A program made the translations under genes and the position numbers. DNA of 64,000 bases from Armatimonadota bacterium (GTDB lineage Bacteria; Armatimonadota; HRBIN16): NCBI GenBank assembly GCA_963677485.1, contig OY781964.1, positions 416,001 through 480,000 on the forward strand, written 5' to 3'. Under the pieces are notes generated by a model. The model was not told the origin of the DNA, did no database searches, and saw only the letters and a program-made list of their open reading frames with translations. Below are positions 10,153 through 20,242 of this stretch, one piece after another; within the stretch, counting starts at the first letter, position 1; each line of letters begins with the position of its first letter.

Positions 10153-13100
10153 CTAGTGAGCAGGGGCAGCAAGCACTTCACGAACTTTCAATGCCAGATC
10201 ATTGGCTAGGAACGGCTTCGACAGGAAGTGAACCTGGTCCATATCCATGCCATGGTGTGCGATCACATCAGCCGGATAACCTGACATGAACAACAGCTTG
10301 AGGTCGGGGTATAGCTGTTTCAGGTGTTGTGCCATCTGCCAGCCATTCATTTCAGGCATCACCACGTCAGATATAAGCACCTGTATGGATCCCTCATGTT
10401 GTTTTGCCTGCTTGATAGCAGCAAGAGGTGAATGGGCTGCGATCACGGTATAACCCATCCGTTCAAGCAGCGACTTAGTCATCTTCAGAATAGCAGTTTC
10501 GTCCTCAACCAGCAGAATGGTTTCCTGCCCTGTGGTATCCGGAATGGATTGAGCCGGCGCGTGGTTCGGCTGTATCTCTCCCAGATAGCGAGGGAGATAG
10601 ATCGTGATACTGGTGCCGCGCCCAGCCTCGCTATTTACCTCAAGGAACCCATGATTCTGCTTGACGGAGCCATATACTGTTGCCAGACCCAGCCCAGTAC
10701 CTTCACCCACCTCCTTTGTGGTAAAGAATGGCTCAAACATCAAGGCCTGCGTCGACTTGTCCATGCCACGACCATCATCACTGATGGATAATGCAACATA
10801 CTCACCGGGATGTAAATCGGGTTGATGTAAACAATAATCGTCGTCTATCACCGCATTTCGCGTCTTAATAGTGATCTGCCCCGTGTCATCAATGGCATCT
10901 CTGGCATTGATACATAGATTGATGATCATCTGGTCAACATGCGAGGAATCTGCTTTCACAAGCCAGATATCGGGCTGCGGTTGCCAGTTAAGTGACGTGT
11001 TTTCGCCGATCAACCTGCCAAGCATCTTCATCAGGTGCTCAACGGTGTCATTCAAACTGATGACCTTGGCCATGACGGTCTGCTTACGTGCAAACGCCAG
11101 CAACTGTCTGGTGAGGTCAGCGGAACGCTCGGCCGCGGCATTTATCTCGGTTATGTCATCATGCAGGGGATGTTCTGGATTCAATTGCGCCAAAACAATC
11201 TGCGCGTGACCAATAATCACACTCAGCATATTATTGAAGTCATGGGCAACACCGCCAGCAAGCCGTCCAACAGATTCTAGCTTCAGTGCTTGCTGAAGTT
11301 GCTCCTTGAGCCGGTCTTTTTCTTCTTCCGCCTGTGCCAGCTCTGTGATGTCCAACATGCATAGTAATGCCTGAACTTGAATACCGGATTGTATCAGGGC
11401 CGTCGCGGCCAACAGAACCACATTTCTATCTTGGTCACCATGACGCAACGTGGTTCGGTGTTCGATGTTTTTATGGCTTCTACCCGTTTCCAGCGTGTCA
11501 TCAATCGCCTTGCGTAATGCACAACTTGCGCAGGATGGCCCGTATCCGCAGCCGCGCGGGTCATCTTTGGCATTGACACACCCAAACACGCCGCATGCTC
11601 GCCCGCCAAAGAGTTCCTTCTCAGTGAGGTTCAGAAACGAGTGAAATTCGGCATTGGCATACTGAATACAACTGTTCGCATCAAGCACACACATCATCAC
11701 CGGTGCATTGTCGTATATCGCACGTATCTCAGCTCTGCTATGAGTTAATATTTCCTCTGCTAATTTCCGCTCTGTGATGTCCTGTATGGTGCCAATCAGC
11801 CTGATGGGGTTACCCTCATCATCATAGTCAAACTGGCCTATTGCCCAAACCCAGCGCACCTGTCCATCACTTGGCCTTATGACTTTATAGTCCATGTCAA
11901 AGCGTGACCGATCTTTGATGGCTTGATGATAACAGTCAAGCGATTTTTGGCGGTATTCTGGTACGATTAGCGTTCCCCAATGGTCGACATCCCTGATAAA
12001 CTCATCATCAATGCCAAATATCTGATCAAGCACGGAGGAACTCCTCCAAGCGCCTGTCTTGATATCTGTAACGAAATACCCCAGACGTGCGACCTCCTGA
12101 GCCTGATTCAAGATGCGTTCAGATTCGCGCAGTGCCTGTTCTGCCTTCACTAGATTCGATACGTCGACACCCACACCAATCAGGTAACGCTCGTTATTAC
12201 GTATAAGTTCCGCACCATTCAGTAAAAATGGGATACGGCGGCCATCCTTTGTCACCAGTTCGGATGTAATGGTGGCTAGTCCTGTATTTTCCGATTCGGC
12301 AAGGGTTGTTTTCAATGCATCATGATTTTCCGATGCATGGAAGTCGAACACCGATCGCCCCAACATTTCGCCATGCTCATATCCAAAAATCACTTCGTGT
12401 TGCCGGTTCCACATCACCAGCTTCATATCAGGAAATGAATAGAGGTAGAAGATGCCCGGAATGCTGTTCATGACCGCATGAATGAACGACTGCTCCTGCA
12501 GCAGCTCCTTTTCGGTTGCTATTCGAACAACCGCCTCACGCCGCAGTTGCCTGTTAATGCGATGGATATAGGCGGTCACCGAAGTAATCAGCGCCAGCAC
12601 AAATCCGATGCTTATCAGCATGACATACAAACGGTGCAGGTTAACTGGTTGTGGGTTTGGGTTGTAAAGGAAACCGGTTAAGTCAACATCGCGTTTCATC
12701 ATACCAATATCCGCGTATGTATCGGCGATATGCTTCCATCGGCCGGGGTACATATAGCCAATCTCTACCAAATCAGTAGACATAAGCGAATCCATCTGGC
12801 GGGCTTCAAACCAGTAATAATCCCGGCTGTGGTGTTTGGAGTATTTCGATAGAATGAGATCCGCGATCTCCTTTTTATGCATCATGGCATACTGCCAGCC
12901 CTTGAGGCTGGCTGAACGGAAAGACTTCACCCGTGCGGGATGATCTTTCAACTCAGCTTCGGTGGTAAACAAGTTATCACCATAGAAATCTATGCCGGCC
13001 GACCTGGGTGTGTATATCTGGTAAGGAACATGGGCACGGTTCAGGTAGTATGGCTGGTTAGTGACGTAGCCCGCAATAGCAAACACATTACCGTCAATCA

Positions 13101-13668
13101 GATCTTTTGGATCGTAGCTGTGCTCCACTCGATGTATCCGGTCAACAGGAATGCCTTCAGCCTTCAAATAGGCGATCAGCTCATCGGATTGAGGTTCCAG
13201 CATCACCCGCCTGCCAACGATGTTGTGCAGACCCTGCGTAGCGGATTCTTGGCGGGCTATCAACACATATGGAGAGTGTTGGAAAATAACCGCCAACGCC
13301 ACTACCGGTTTGCCCGCTTGGCGTGCCAGTATCAGGCTGCTGGTGCCAACGCCATACTGAGCTTTCCCGCTTAATACATTCTGAAGTGGGTCCGTGCCGG
13401 GGGTGGCCTCCAGGATTTTGACATCAAGACCAGCTTGGCGGTAATAACCCTTCTCCGCAGCCGCATAGTACCCAGCGAACTGGAAGGCGTGCGTCCACTT
13501 CAATTGAAGGGTCACACACTGTAGAACTTGATCATCGGAGCGGACCAATGTAGAACAGGTCACCAACAAGGATACAAGCAGTGTTGCGAGTGTCGAGTAT
13601 ATGCGCAGTTTATGTCTCATAGTAGATGAAACCAGGCTGCGGCTGAATTTCTGCTGCGAGATCGACAT
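10153..13668 (-). CDS. Membrane hybrid histidine kinase: NMT1/THI5-like extracytoplasmic binding domain, TM, PAS domains, HisKA, HATPase, REC
   Basis: VTLQLKWTHAFQFAGYYAA (NMT1-type sensor), TM segment LYVMLISIGFVLALITSV, AHDFNNML, FFTTK, REC domain. Confidence 0.9.
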   Translation of the reverse strand: MSISQQKFSRSLVSSTMRHKLRIYSTLATLLVSLLVTCSTLVRSDDQVLQCVTLQLKWTHAFQFAGYYAAAEKGYYRQAGLDVKILEATPGTDPLQNVLSGKAQYGVGTSSLILARQAGKPVVALAVIFQHSPYVLIARQESATQGLHNIVGRRVMLEPQSDELIAYLKAEGIPVDRIHRVEHSYDPKDLIDGNVFAIAGYVTNQPYYLNRAHVPYQIYTPRSAGIDFYGDNLFTTEAELKDHPARVKSFRSASLKGWQYAMMHKKEIADLILSKYSKHHSRDYYWFEARQMDSLMSTDLVEIGYMYPGRWKHIADTYADIGMMKRDVDLTGFLYNPNPQPVNLHRLYVMLISIGFVLALITSVTAYIHRINRQLRREAVVRIATEKELLQEQSFIHAVMNSIPGIFYLYSFPDMKLVMWNRQHEVIFGYEHGEMLGRSVFDFHASENHDALKTTLAESENTGLATITSELVTKDGRRIPFLLNGAELIRNNERYLIGVGVDVSNLVKAEQALRESERILNQAQEVARLGYFVTDIKTGAWRSSSVLDQIFGIDDEFIRDVDHWGTLIVPEYRQKSLDCYHQAIKDRSRFDMDYKVIRPSDGQVRWVWAIGQFDYDDEGNPIRLIGTIQDITERKLAEEILTHSRAEIRAIYDNAPVMMCVLDANSCIQYANAEFHSFLNLTEKELFGGRACGVFGCVNAKDDPRGCGYGPSCASCALRKAIDDTLETGRSHKNIEHRTTLRHGDQDRNVVLLAATALIQSGIQVQALLCMLDITELAQAEEEKDRLKEQLQQALKLESVGRLAGGVAHDFNNMLSVIIGHAQIVLAQLNPEHPLHDDITEINAAAERSADLTRQLLAFARKQTVMAKVISLNDTVEHLMKMLGRLIGENTSLNWQPQPDIWLVKADSSHVDQMIINLCINARDAIDDTGQITIKTRNAVIDDDYCLHQPDLHPGEYVALSISDDGRGMDKSTQALMFEPFFTTKEVGEGTGLGLATVYGSVKQNHGFLEVNSEAGRGTSITIYLPRYLGEIQPNHAPAQSIPDTTGQETILLVEDETAILKMTKSLLERMGYTVIAAHSPLAAIKQAKQHEGSIQVLISDVVMPEMNGWQMAQHLKQLYPDLKLLFMSGYPADVIAHHGMDMDQVHFLSKPFLANDLALKVREVLAAPAH

Positions 13669-14109
13669 AACGTATACACCTGCTTACTGAATGAGAGATA
13701 CGAATAGGGACAGCCACATCAGGCTGTCTTCCCATGTGATCATATCATCGCCTGTCACTGACTTTCGGTCGACATACATATCTATAAACAACATCCACCA
13801 GACGGCAAACAGCTTCGTTATTGTTGATCTGTCACAACCCTCTTGATTCTATGTTACCCGCTGACGCGTGCTATTTAGCATCCATGGCGCGACAGCATGA
13901 CCGAATTTACGCACAATCTGAGAGCTAATGAGCCATCTGCCGTTTCCATCACTTGAGCCTCATAAGCGAACCAAAATGATCGTAACCAGGCAAACATTCA
14001 AGCCGTTTGGGTAACATGATAGAAAGAGGCTGAGTTGGGCGAACATAGGAACGGTGAAACCCCAACGGCTGTGAGCCCCGCTGACCTCACGAGCTTTACA
14101 GGAGACGCT

Positions 14110-15141
14110 ATGCAACAACTCGCCCATACCGGTATCCGATCGGTCAGTATCCAAACGCCGGAGATGCCCAGGCTGGCCGATCATCAAGCCATCATACGCA
14201 TCCTGCAGGTAGGCATCTGTGGTTCAGAGCTGCACCTCTATCGCCATGGCGACATCGGCGGACGGTCCAGTCAGCAGCCCTTCGTAAGCGGTCATGAGTG
14301 TGTAGGCTTGGTAGATCAAGTTGATGCAGAGTATGCCCATCTGTTGGGTCAGCGTGTGATAGTCGATCCAGCCATACCCTGTATGAAGTGCCCGGTCTGC
14401 CTGCAGGGTAACTATAACCTGTGCCCTGATATTAAGTTCCTTGGACTGCCTCCTACCCCAGGAGCCTTTTCAGAGTATTTATCCCATCCTGCCTCCCTTC
14501 TTACCGTGGCGCCCGATAGCTTGAGTGACGATGAAGCTGTGCTGTGTGAGCCGTTCGCCATCGCCCTTCACGCCGTGGAACTGGCGAAGCCTCGGCCGGC
14601 CCAAACCGCTGTGATACTGGGCAGCGGTACCATGGGCCTCTGTGTGCTGATCATCCTGCAGCATATGGGCGTCCAAACTGCATTATGTACGGATTTAGTA
14701 GATGACCGGCTGAAAATGGCAGAATCGATTGGTGCAGAGCTATGTGCTAATCCTAAATGCGATGATGTGGAGCAGACCGCACGCGAACAAACAGACGCGC
14801 GTGGATACGATATGGTGTTTGAATGTGCAGGTAGCGCTCAGACATACTGGCAGTCTGCCCGCATCTGCACCCCTGGCGGGCGCGTGATCGTTGTAGGGAG
14901 CTCAGCCGACGGGAAGATGACCTTTGACAACAACGTCGCGAGGCGATCGGGGTTGGATATACGAATGGTCAGGAGGAGTCGTCACACCCTGCAAAGGGCG
15001 ATGATGGTAGCTCAGACCAAAGGATGTGCATTGAAACAGCTCGCCACCCACCATTTCGCCATCGAGGAGGCCGACAGGGCATTCAAGCTGGCAGACGAGA
15101 TGCGCGATGGAGTGATCCGAGCCATGGTTCGATTAGCATAG
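14110..15141 (+). CDS. Zn-dependent alcohol/polyol dehydrogenase (sorbitol dehydrogenase-like MDR)
   Basis: GICGSE, GHE, structural Zn site CMKCPVCLQGNYNLC, GSGTMG. ATG at 14110 follows AGGAG. Confidence 0.9.
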   Translation: MQQLAHTGIRSVSIQTPEMPRLADHQAIIRILQVGICGSELHLYRHGDIGGRSSQQPFVSGHECVGLVDQVDAEYAHLLGQRVIVDPAIPCMKCPVCLQGNYNLCPDIKFLGLPPTPGAFSEYLSHPASLLTVAPDSLSDDEAVLCEPFAIALHAVELAKPRPAQTAVILGSGTMGLCVLIILQHMGVQTALCTDLVDDRLKMAESIGAELCANPKCDDVEQTAREQTDARGYDMVFECAGSAQTYWQSARICTPGGRVIVVGSSADGKMTFDNNVARRSGLDIRMVRRSRHTLQRAMMVAQTKGCALKQLATHHFAIEEADRAFKLADEMRDGVIRAMVRLA

Positions 15142-15274
15142 CGGTTTTATACCCAATCACGTATAATGTCTCATATATGTTCTGTGAAACAAGACACAGT
15201 ATTTTATTGGCTTGCTGCAGTACATCGCTCAGATAATCTATGTTGGGTGCTAACAGGCACTCTGAGGTGGGTAC

Positions 15275-18200
15275 GTGGGTAAACACAACGGACTAAAGTT
15301 TCCTGTTTGGTTATCATGGACATCGATTATCTCGGCTATACTTGTCATCGCCGCCGGATCATTTCATATCACTTTAACCCTAAAGTATCGTCAAAGCATG
15401 GTGCCTGATCTTTTCGCTATTGCTGGTCTATTGCTGGTCATCTTATCCCTAACCCTCGCACGCTGGCATATCATTAAAAGCGCTCATTATAAACAGGCAT
15501 ATGAAACCGCGCTTCAAAAACAAACTCTGACACAGCACTATCAATCACTCATCCAAAATGCTGGTGACATCATCCTTCTAACTAACACAGATATGCGCAT
15601 AATAGATGCTAATGAGCTGGCTGAGCAAACCTACGGATATTCCCGCGACCAGTTACTGCGCATGAGAATATATGATCTAGTCTCTGGTGACCAGAAAGAT
15701 GCTAGTTATGCTAGAGCGGAGCGACTGAAAGAGGAAGACATCCTGGCCTTTGACAGCCAGCATCGGAAGCAAAATGGGGAGTTAATTTATGTTGAAGGCC
15801 GTGCACGCAAAATCGACGCGGCGGGAAAACCATATATCCAGCTCATCATGCGTGATACCACCCAGAGGATACAAGAGCTAATTCGGCTTAAACGCAATGA
15901 GGCGTTACTTACTGAACTTTTGAATCATCTGTCCGGAATGACATATTTTGTCAACCAGCAAGGCGAGTTTGTATATATGAACCAGACACTAGCTGAGTTC
16001 CTGGGTGTCGACAGCACCAACCGAGAGAGCTGGAGCAATATCGACCACCCACTGCTCCCTCTGCTGCAATGTGACGAAAGGCAGAAGCAAGAACTCGCTC
16101 GTTATCAGAACACCTCCTCCGAAATTCAGTTAGCAGATGGAAATCATCTCAAGCACTACCTTCTCCGGCAGTTTGTTGTTCCGCAGCTTGATGGGCCTGA
16201 CTGGCTGGGTGGTATCGTGCTAGATATTACCCAGAGGAAACAGTCTGAGCTCCAGCTGCAGCGGATGAACCTGATTTATGCCACACTAAGCCAGATCAAT
16301 GAGGCTATTTCAAAGGTGACAGACACCACAGGATTGTACCAAACGGTGTGCGATGTGGCTGCTGAGTATGGAAAATCAAGTCTTGCCTGGATTGGTTCAT
16401 ATGATGATCAATTATCTGCTTTGACTCCACTGGCATGGTCAGGTCGCCCACATGAATACGTCAATATCGTCACCGCACGCGCATCTGGATTAATGCGTAA
16501 TATCGACCCTGTTTTTTCTGCCGTCGACTCGAAAAAAGCAGTTTGCGCTAACAACATAGCTTCAGGTGCATACAGCCCTGGCGAAACGCTTCTTCACTCA
16601 CAGGATATCCATAGTGCCGCCGCCGTACCGATACTGGATGGAAACAACGTGATAGGTGTGCTGGCACTCTACCAGCGAGAGCCAGATTTTTTCGGCGAGC
16701 AGGAGCTTCATCTGCTTGATAAAATCGGCATCAATATCTCATTTGGACTAGACAGCATCGGAAAGAAGCAGCAACAGCATCAGCTTGAGGAGATTGTGGT
16801 CAACTCCCCTGCTGTCGCGTTCCGATGGATGAATGTAAAAGGGTGGCCTGTTACCTACGTTTCAGACAATGTCACGCAGCTAGGTATCGATGTTGCATAT
16901 TTCATCGAAGAAGGATACCCGTATTCAAGTATCATACATCCCGATGACCTGCATGACGTAGAGGATGCATTCGCAAACTACCTTGATGATCACAAGGGTA
17001 TATACCTCAACAACTACAGAATAGTTGACCAAGCAGGTGTCACAAGGTGGGTAGAAGAGCGAAGCTGGATTGTTGAGGACGCATCCATCAACAACCAATA
17101 CATCATGGGTATTGTGATGGACATCACCCAGCAGAAGCTGATTGAACAAAGTCAGGCAGAAAGTGAGCAGCGTTATTATGCGGTTTTTAACAACCTGCAC
17201 ACAGTGATGCTAGTGGTGGATCCAAGCACAGGTTATATCATCGATGCTAATCCTGCAGCAGTGGATTACTACGGTTGGCCGAAAGAGCAGATGCTTTTGA
17301 TGAATATGTCAAGTATCAACACCCTGCCCGCAGGTCAACAAGCTGATGCCATGGCAAATGCAGTAAAGCAGACACAAAATCATTTTCAATTCATGCATCG
17401 GCGGGCTAATGGCAAAACAAGTGATGTCGAAGTTTACAGCACCCCAATCATTGTTCAAGGTCAAACGCTTCTATATTCCATCATTCGTGATGTCACCGAT
17501 AGAGTGACTGCCGAAGAAATGAAGCAAAGAGAAGAACAACGGCAGATTCAAACCTCAAAAATGGAGACCATTGGGCAGCTTTCAAGCGGCATCGCTCACG
17601 ACTTCAACAACTTATTGACCGTGATCACAGGATTTATCGACATCATGATGGCGGAATCCGACGTAAACAGCCCACTCTACTCTGAGATGACTGAGGTCAA
17701 GAGTGCCAGCGATAAGGCGGCATCACTGACGAAGCAGCTTTTGGCGTTCAGCCGCAAGCAGACCCTCGAAAAGAAGCCGGTAAATGTCAATAATCTCATC
17801 ACTTCCAACAAAAAAATGATCAGCCGTTTAATCGGGGAAGACATAATGGTTGATATGACACTTGCACCTGGTGTTCTGATGGCCTCTGTGGATGAAGGGC
17901 AGTTGGATCAAGTGATTCTCAATCTGGCCACTAACGCGCGTGATGCCATGCCTAACGGAGGGAAGCTGCGTATTGTGACGGATGTCATCACCATCACCAA
18001 GGATGATATCTCATTTGGAACCGAGGCTATGGAGGGACGATACATTAAGATCACAGTGGCCGACACTGGTACCGGCATGGATGAAGCGACCTGTTCACGC
18101 ATCTTTGAGCCTTTCTTCACAACGAAAGACGAAGGAAAAGGGACTGGTTTGGGGCTGGCCACCTGTTACGGCATCATGAAGCAACATGAAGGCTGGATTT

Positions 18201-18685
18201 CGGTTTCCAGCGCAATTGGGGCTGGCACCGAATTCTATCTGTACCTACCTGCACTTGATGAACCTCAGGGTCACAGTAAGACAACCACCTCTGCAGCTTC
18301 GTTGCCTCATGGAGATGGGTATACGATATTGCTGGTTGAAGATGAGATCGCCGTGCAGCGTATGTCCATGAAGGTTCTCGAACGGTTCGGGTATGTGGTG
18401 GTATCGGCATCCGATGGTGTTGAAGCCCTATCTATCTACCAAAAGGAGTCATCGCGTTTCGATCTGGTACTAAGTGATGTGGTCATGCCCAACATGGATG
18501 GACTTACTCTGATCAACCACATTCAGGGCATCAACCCAATGCAAAAGATCATCCTGAACAGCGGCTACACCGATGACAAAGTGGACTGGAATAGTATTGA
18601 GAGCAGAAATATCACATTCCTTCACAAGCCATTTACTGTAGAAAAGCTCATCACCACGGTACACCAGGTGATTACAGGAACATAA
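15275..18685 (+). CDS. Membrane hybrid histidine kinase: 2 TM, PAS, GAF, PAS, HisKA, HATPase, REC
   Basis: Two N-terminal hydrophobic helices, GAF (SAAAVPI...IGVLALY), GIAHDFNNLL, FEPFFTTK, LLVEDE. Confidence 0.9.
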   Translation: MGKHNGLKFPVWLSWTSIISAILVIAAGSFHITLTLKYRQSMVPDLFAIAGLLLVILSLTLARWHIIKSAHYKQAYETALQKQTLTQHYQSLIQNAGDIILLTNTDMRIIDANELAEQTYGYSRDQLLRMRIYDLVSGDQKDASYARAERLKEEDILAFDSQHRKQNGELIYVEGRARKIDAAGKPYIQLIMRDTTQRIQELIRLKRNEALLTELLNHLSGMTYFVNQQGEFVYMNQTLAEFLGVDSTNRESWSNIDHPLLPLLQCDERQKQELARYQNTSSEIQLADGNHLKHYLLRQFVVPQLDGPDWLGGIVLDITQRKQSELQLQRMNLIYATLSQINEAISKVTDTTGLYQTVCDVAAEYGKSSLAWIGSYDDQLSALTPLAWSGRPHEYVNIVTARASGLMRNIDPVFSAVDSKKAVCANNIASGAYSPGETLLHSQDIHSAAAVPILDGNNVIGVLALYQREPDFFGEQELHLLDKIGINISFGLDSIGKKQQQHQLEEIVVNSPAVAFRWMNVKGWPVTYVSDNVTQLGIDVAYFIEEGYPYSSIIHPDDLHDVEDAFANYLDDHKGIYLNNYRIVDQAGVTRWVEERSWIVEDASINNQYIMGIVMDITQQKLIEQSQAESEQRYYAVFNNLHTVMLVVDPSTGYIIDANPAAVDYYGWPKEQMLLMNMSSINTLPAGQQADAMANAVKQTQNHFQFMHRRANGKTSDVEVYSTPIIVQGQTLLYSIIRDVTDRVTAEEMKQREEQRQIQTSKMETIGQLSSGIAHDFNNLLTVITGFIDIMMAESDVNSPLYSEMTEVKSASDKAASLTKQLLAFSRKQTLEKKPVNVNNLITSNKKMISRLIGEDIMVDMTLAPGVLMASVDEGQLDQVILNLATNARDAMPNGGKLRIVTDVITITKDDISFGTEAMEGRYIKITVADTGTGMDEATCSRIFEPFFTTKDEGKGTGLGLATCYGIMKQHEGWISVSSAIGAGTEFYLYLPALDEPQGHSKTTTSAASLPHGDGYTILLVEDEIAVQRMSMKVLERFGYVVVSASDGVEALSIYQKESSRFDLVLSDVVMPNMDGLTLINHIQGINPMQKIILNSGYTDDKVDWNSIESRNITFLHKPFTVEKLITTVHQVITGT

Positions 18686-18808
18686 CGGCTTGGTTATCAA
18701 AACGGCTAACATCGTGTTTTTGGTGTCATTTTGATACAGTAATAGTAGATACTAGCCGTTGCGGAGCACTTTCTTAGCACCGTAAGACGCGGCACAGGAA
18801 GGAACACA

Positions 18809-19300
18809 ATGGCAGCCAAATCTGGAGATACCGTACGCGTTCACTACATCGGCTCATTAGAAGATGGCTCGATATTCGATTCAAGTGAAGGCCGCGACCC
18901 GTTGGAATTCGAGCTCGGTTCCGGCATGGTCATCCCCGGCTTCGACGAGGGGATCCTGAACATGAATATCGGCGATAAAAAGAAAGTCACCATCCCATGC
19001 GATCAGGCCTATGGACCCAGCCGTGAAGAGATGGTCATTAAAGTGCCTCGTCCACAGTTCCCAGATCATATCGAACCCGAAGAGGGTCTCGAATTGATGC
19101 TGCAAGGACCCGGTGGGCAGCCACTTCCTGCCCGCATTACCAAGGTTGGCCTTGATGAAGTTTGGATCGACGCCAACCATCCGCTGGCGGACAAAACTCT
19201 AATCTTTGACCTTGAGCTGGTGGGCATCGACCCCAAGTCCAAGATCATCATGCCCGGTGATGATGGCCCAGCACCCAAGATCATCATGCCAGGCAACTAA
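18809..19300 (+). CDS. slyD: FKBP-type peptidyl-prolyl isomerase (SlyD/SlpA family)
   Basis: GDTVRVHY, FDSS..PLEF, IPGFDE, DANHPLA. Confidence 0.9.
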   Translation: MAAKSGDTVRVHYIGSLEDGSIFDSSEGRDPLEFELGSGMVIPGFDEGILNMNIGDKKKVTIPCDQAYGPSREEMVIKVPRPQFPDHIEPEEGLELMLQGPGGQPLPARITKVGLDEVWIDANHPLADKTLIFDLELVGIDPKSKIIMPGDDGPAPKIIMPGN

Positions 19301-19320
19301 GCCTCACCCGTAGTTACCAT

Positions 19321-19360
19321 AGCCCGCACCGGTTGTTTCAACCGGTGCGGGCTTTGTTTT
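19321..19360 (+). terminator. Intrinsic terminator after slyD
   Basis: AGCCCGCACCGGTTG-ttt-CAACCGGTGCGGGCT followed by TTGTTTT. Confidence 0.85.
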
Positions 19361-19365
19361 CGAAG

Positions 19366-19430
19366 GTCATCGGACGGATTCGGCGGATCGGACCGATCAC
19401 CATAATCCGGCCAATCCGCTTGATCCGTCG
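19366..19430. repeat. Imperfect hairpin made of ~9-bp CGGAT-type units
   Basis: TCGGACGGATTCGGCGGATCGG...ATCCGGCCAATCCGCTTGATCCGTCG, between convergent slyD and rnhA; related to 21736-21792. Confidence 0.6.
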
Positions 19431-19446
19431 TATGCTAAACCAAACC

Positions 19447-20148
19447 TTACAGTAGCTTCCAGCTCTTCAATATCGTGCGCTCATCGTCAGGGTTGTTCGC
19501 TTTACGAAACCGTGCCCCTCGCACCCCGTTGACCCGCGCGTAGCAACGTGCCCAGGTGGTGTGGCGTTCCAGAACCCCGTCGATCAAACTGAGGTACATG
19601 GAGCTGTTCGTCGCCCAATCCCAGACCATACCGCCGACCATCGCCGATGGGGCTTGCTTCATCACAGGTTGCTCTTCTGCACTGTTACGGGCATACACCC
19701 TTAATGCCACCGGCTTGCACTTGCTGAAACCCACTGCGATCTCATCACAGCGGTTATTGTAGGGATTATCCGCATGGCCCTTCACATAGTTCCACTGCAC
19801 ACGGCTAGAACTCAGGCTATCAAGCTCAATCCACAAGTCTTTATTTAGCACGGGCTGACCATCTGCTTTTTGCCAACCTCGGCGTTTCCATCCAGCTATC
19901 CAACTGGTGATGCCATTCTTTAAATACTGGCTGTCTGTGTATATCACCGCGGTAGCATCTGCGGGGATGTGCTTCAATGCTTCAATCGCCGCGCTCATTT
20001 CCATACGGTTGTTGGTGGTGTCAGGGTCGTGCCCGCCCAGCTCTTCCAGCCGATCAGGCCATGCGATAATCGCCGCCCAGCCACCAGGACCAGGGTTGCC
20101 AGCGCACGCGCCGTCGGTATAGATAGTGATATTATCGATGGTTCCCAC
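19447..20148 (-). CDS. rnhA: Ribonuclease HI with a C-terminal hybrid-binding (viroplasmin-like) domain
   Basis: IYTDGACAGNPGPGGW, TTNNRMEM, YTDSQY, VKGHA, NNRCD; C-terminal HTTWARCYARVNGVRGARFRK. Confidence 0.93.
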   Translation of the reverse strand: MGTIDNITIYTDGACAGNPGPGGWAAIIAWPDRLEELGGHDPDTTNNRMEMSAAIEALKHIPADATAVIYTDSQYLKNGITSWIAGWKRRGWQKADGQPVLNKDLWIELDSLSSSRVQWNYVKGHADNPYNNRCDEIAVGFSKCKPVALRVYARNSAEEQPVMKQAPSAMVGGMVWDWATNSSMYLSLIDGVLERHTTWARCYARVNGVRGARFRKANNPDDERTILKSWKLL

Positions 20149-20242
20149 TCCTTGGATTTATGCATCCAGTATATTTTACCAAGCCAAGCCAGTGATAATG
20201 ATATAATGGCATCAAGACCAGTCACACATCATGAGGTGTTCG

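Noticed and set aside
13670-14109. Possible riboswitch in the 440-bp divergent intergenic region (GGCAAAC, GGCGAACA...GAAACC)
   Set aside because: Only fragments resemble c-di-GMP-I or ZTP motifs; the required GACGCAAA and GCCUGGGC elements are missing. An Infernal/Rfam scan would settle it.
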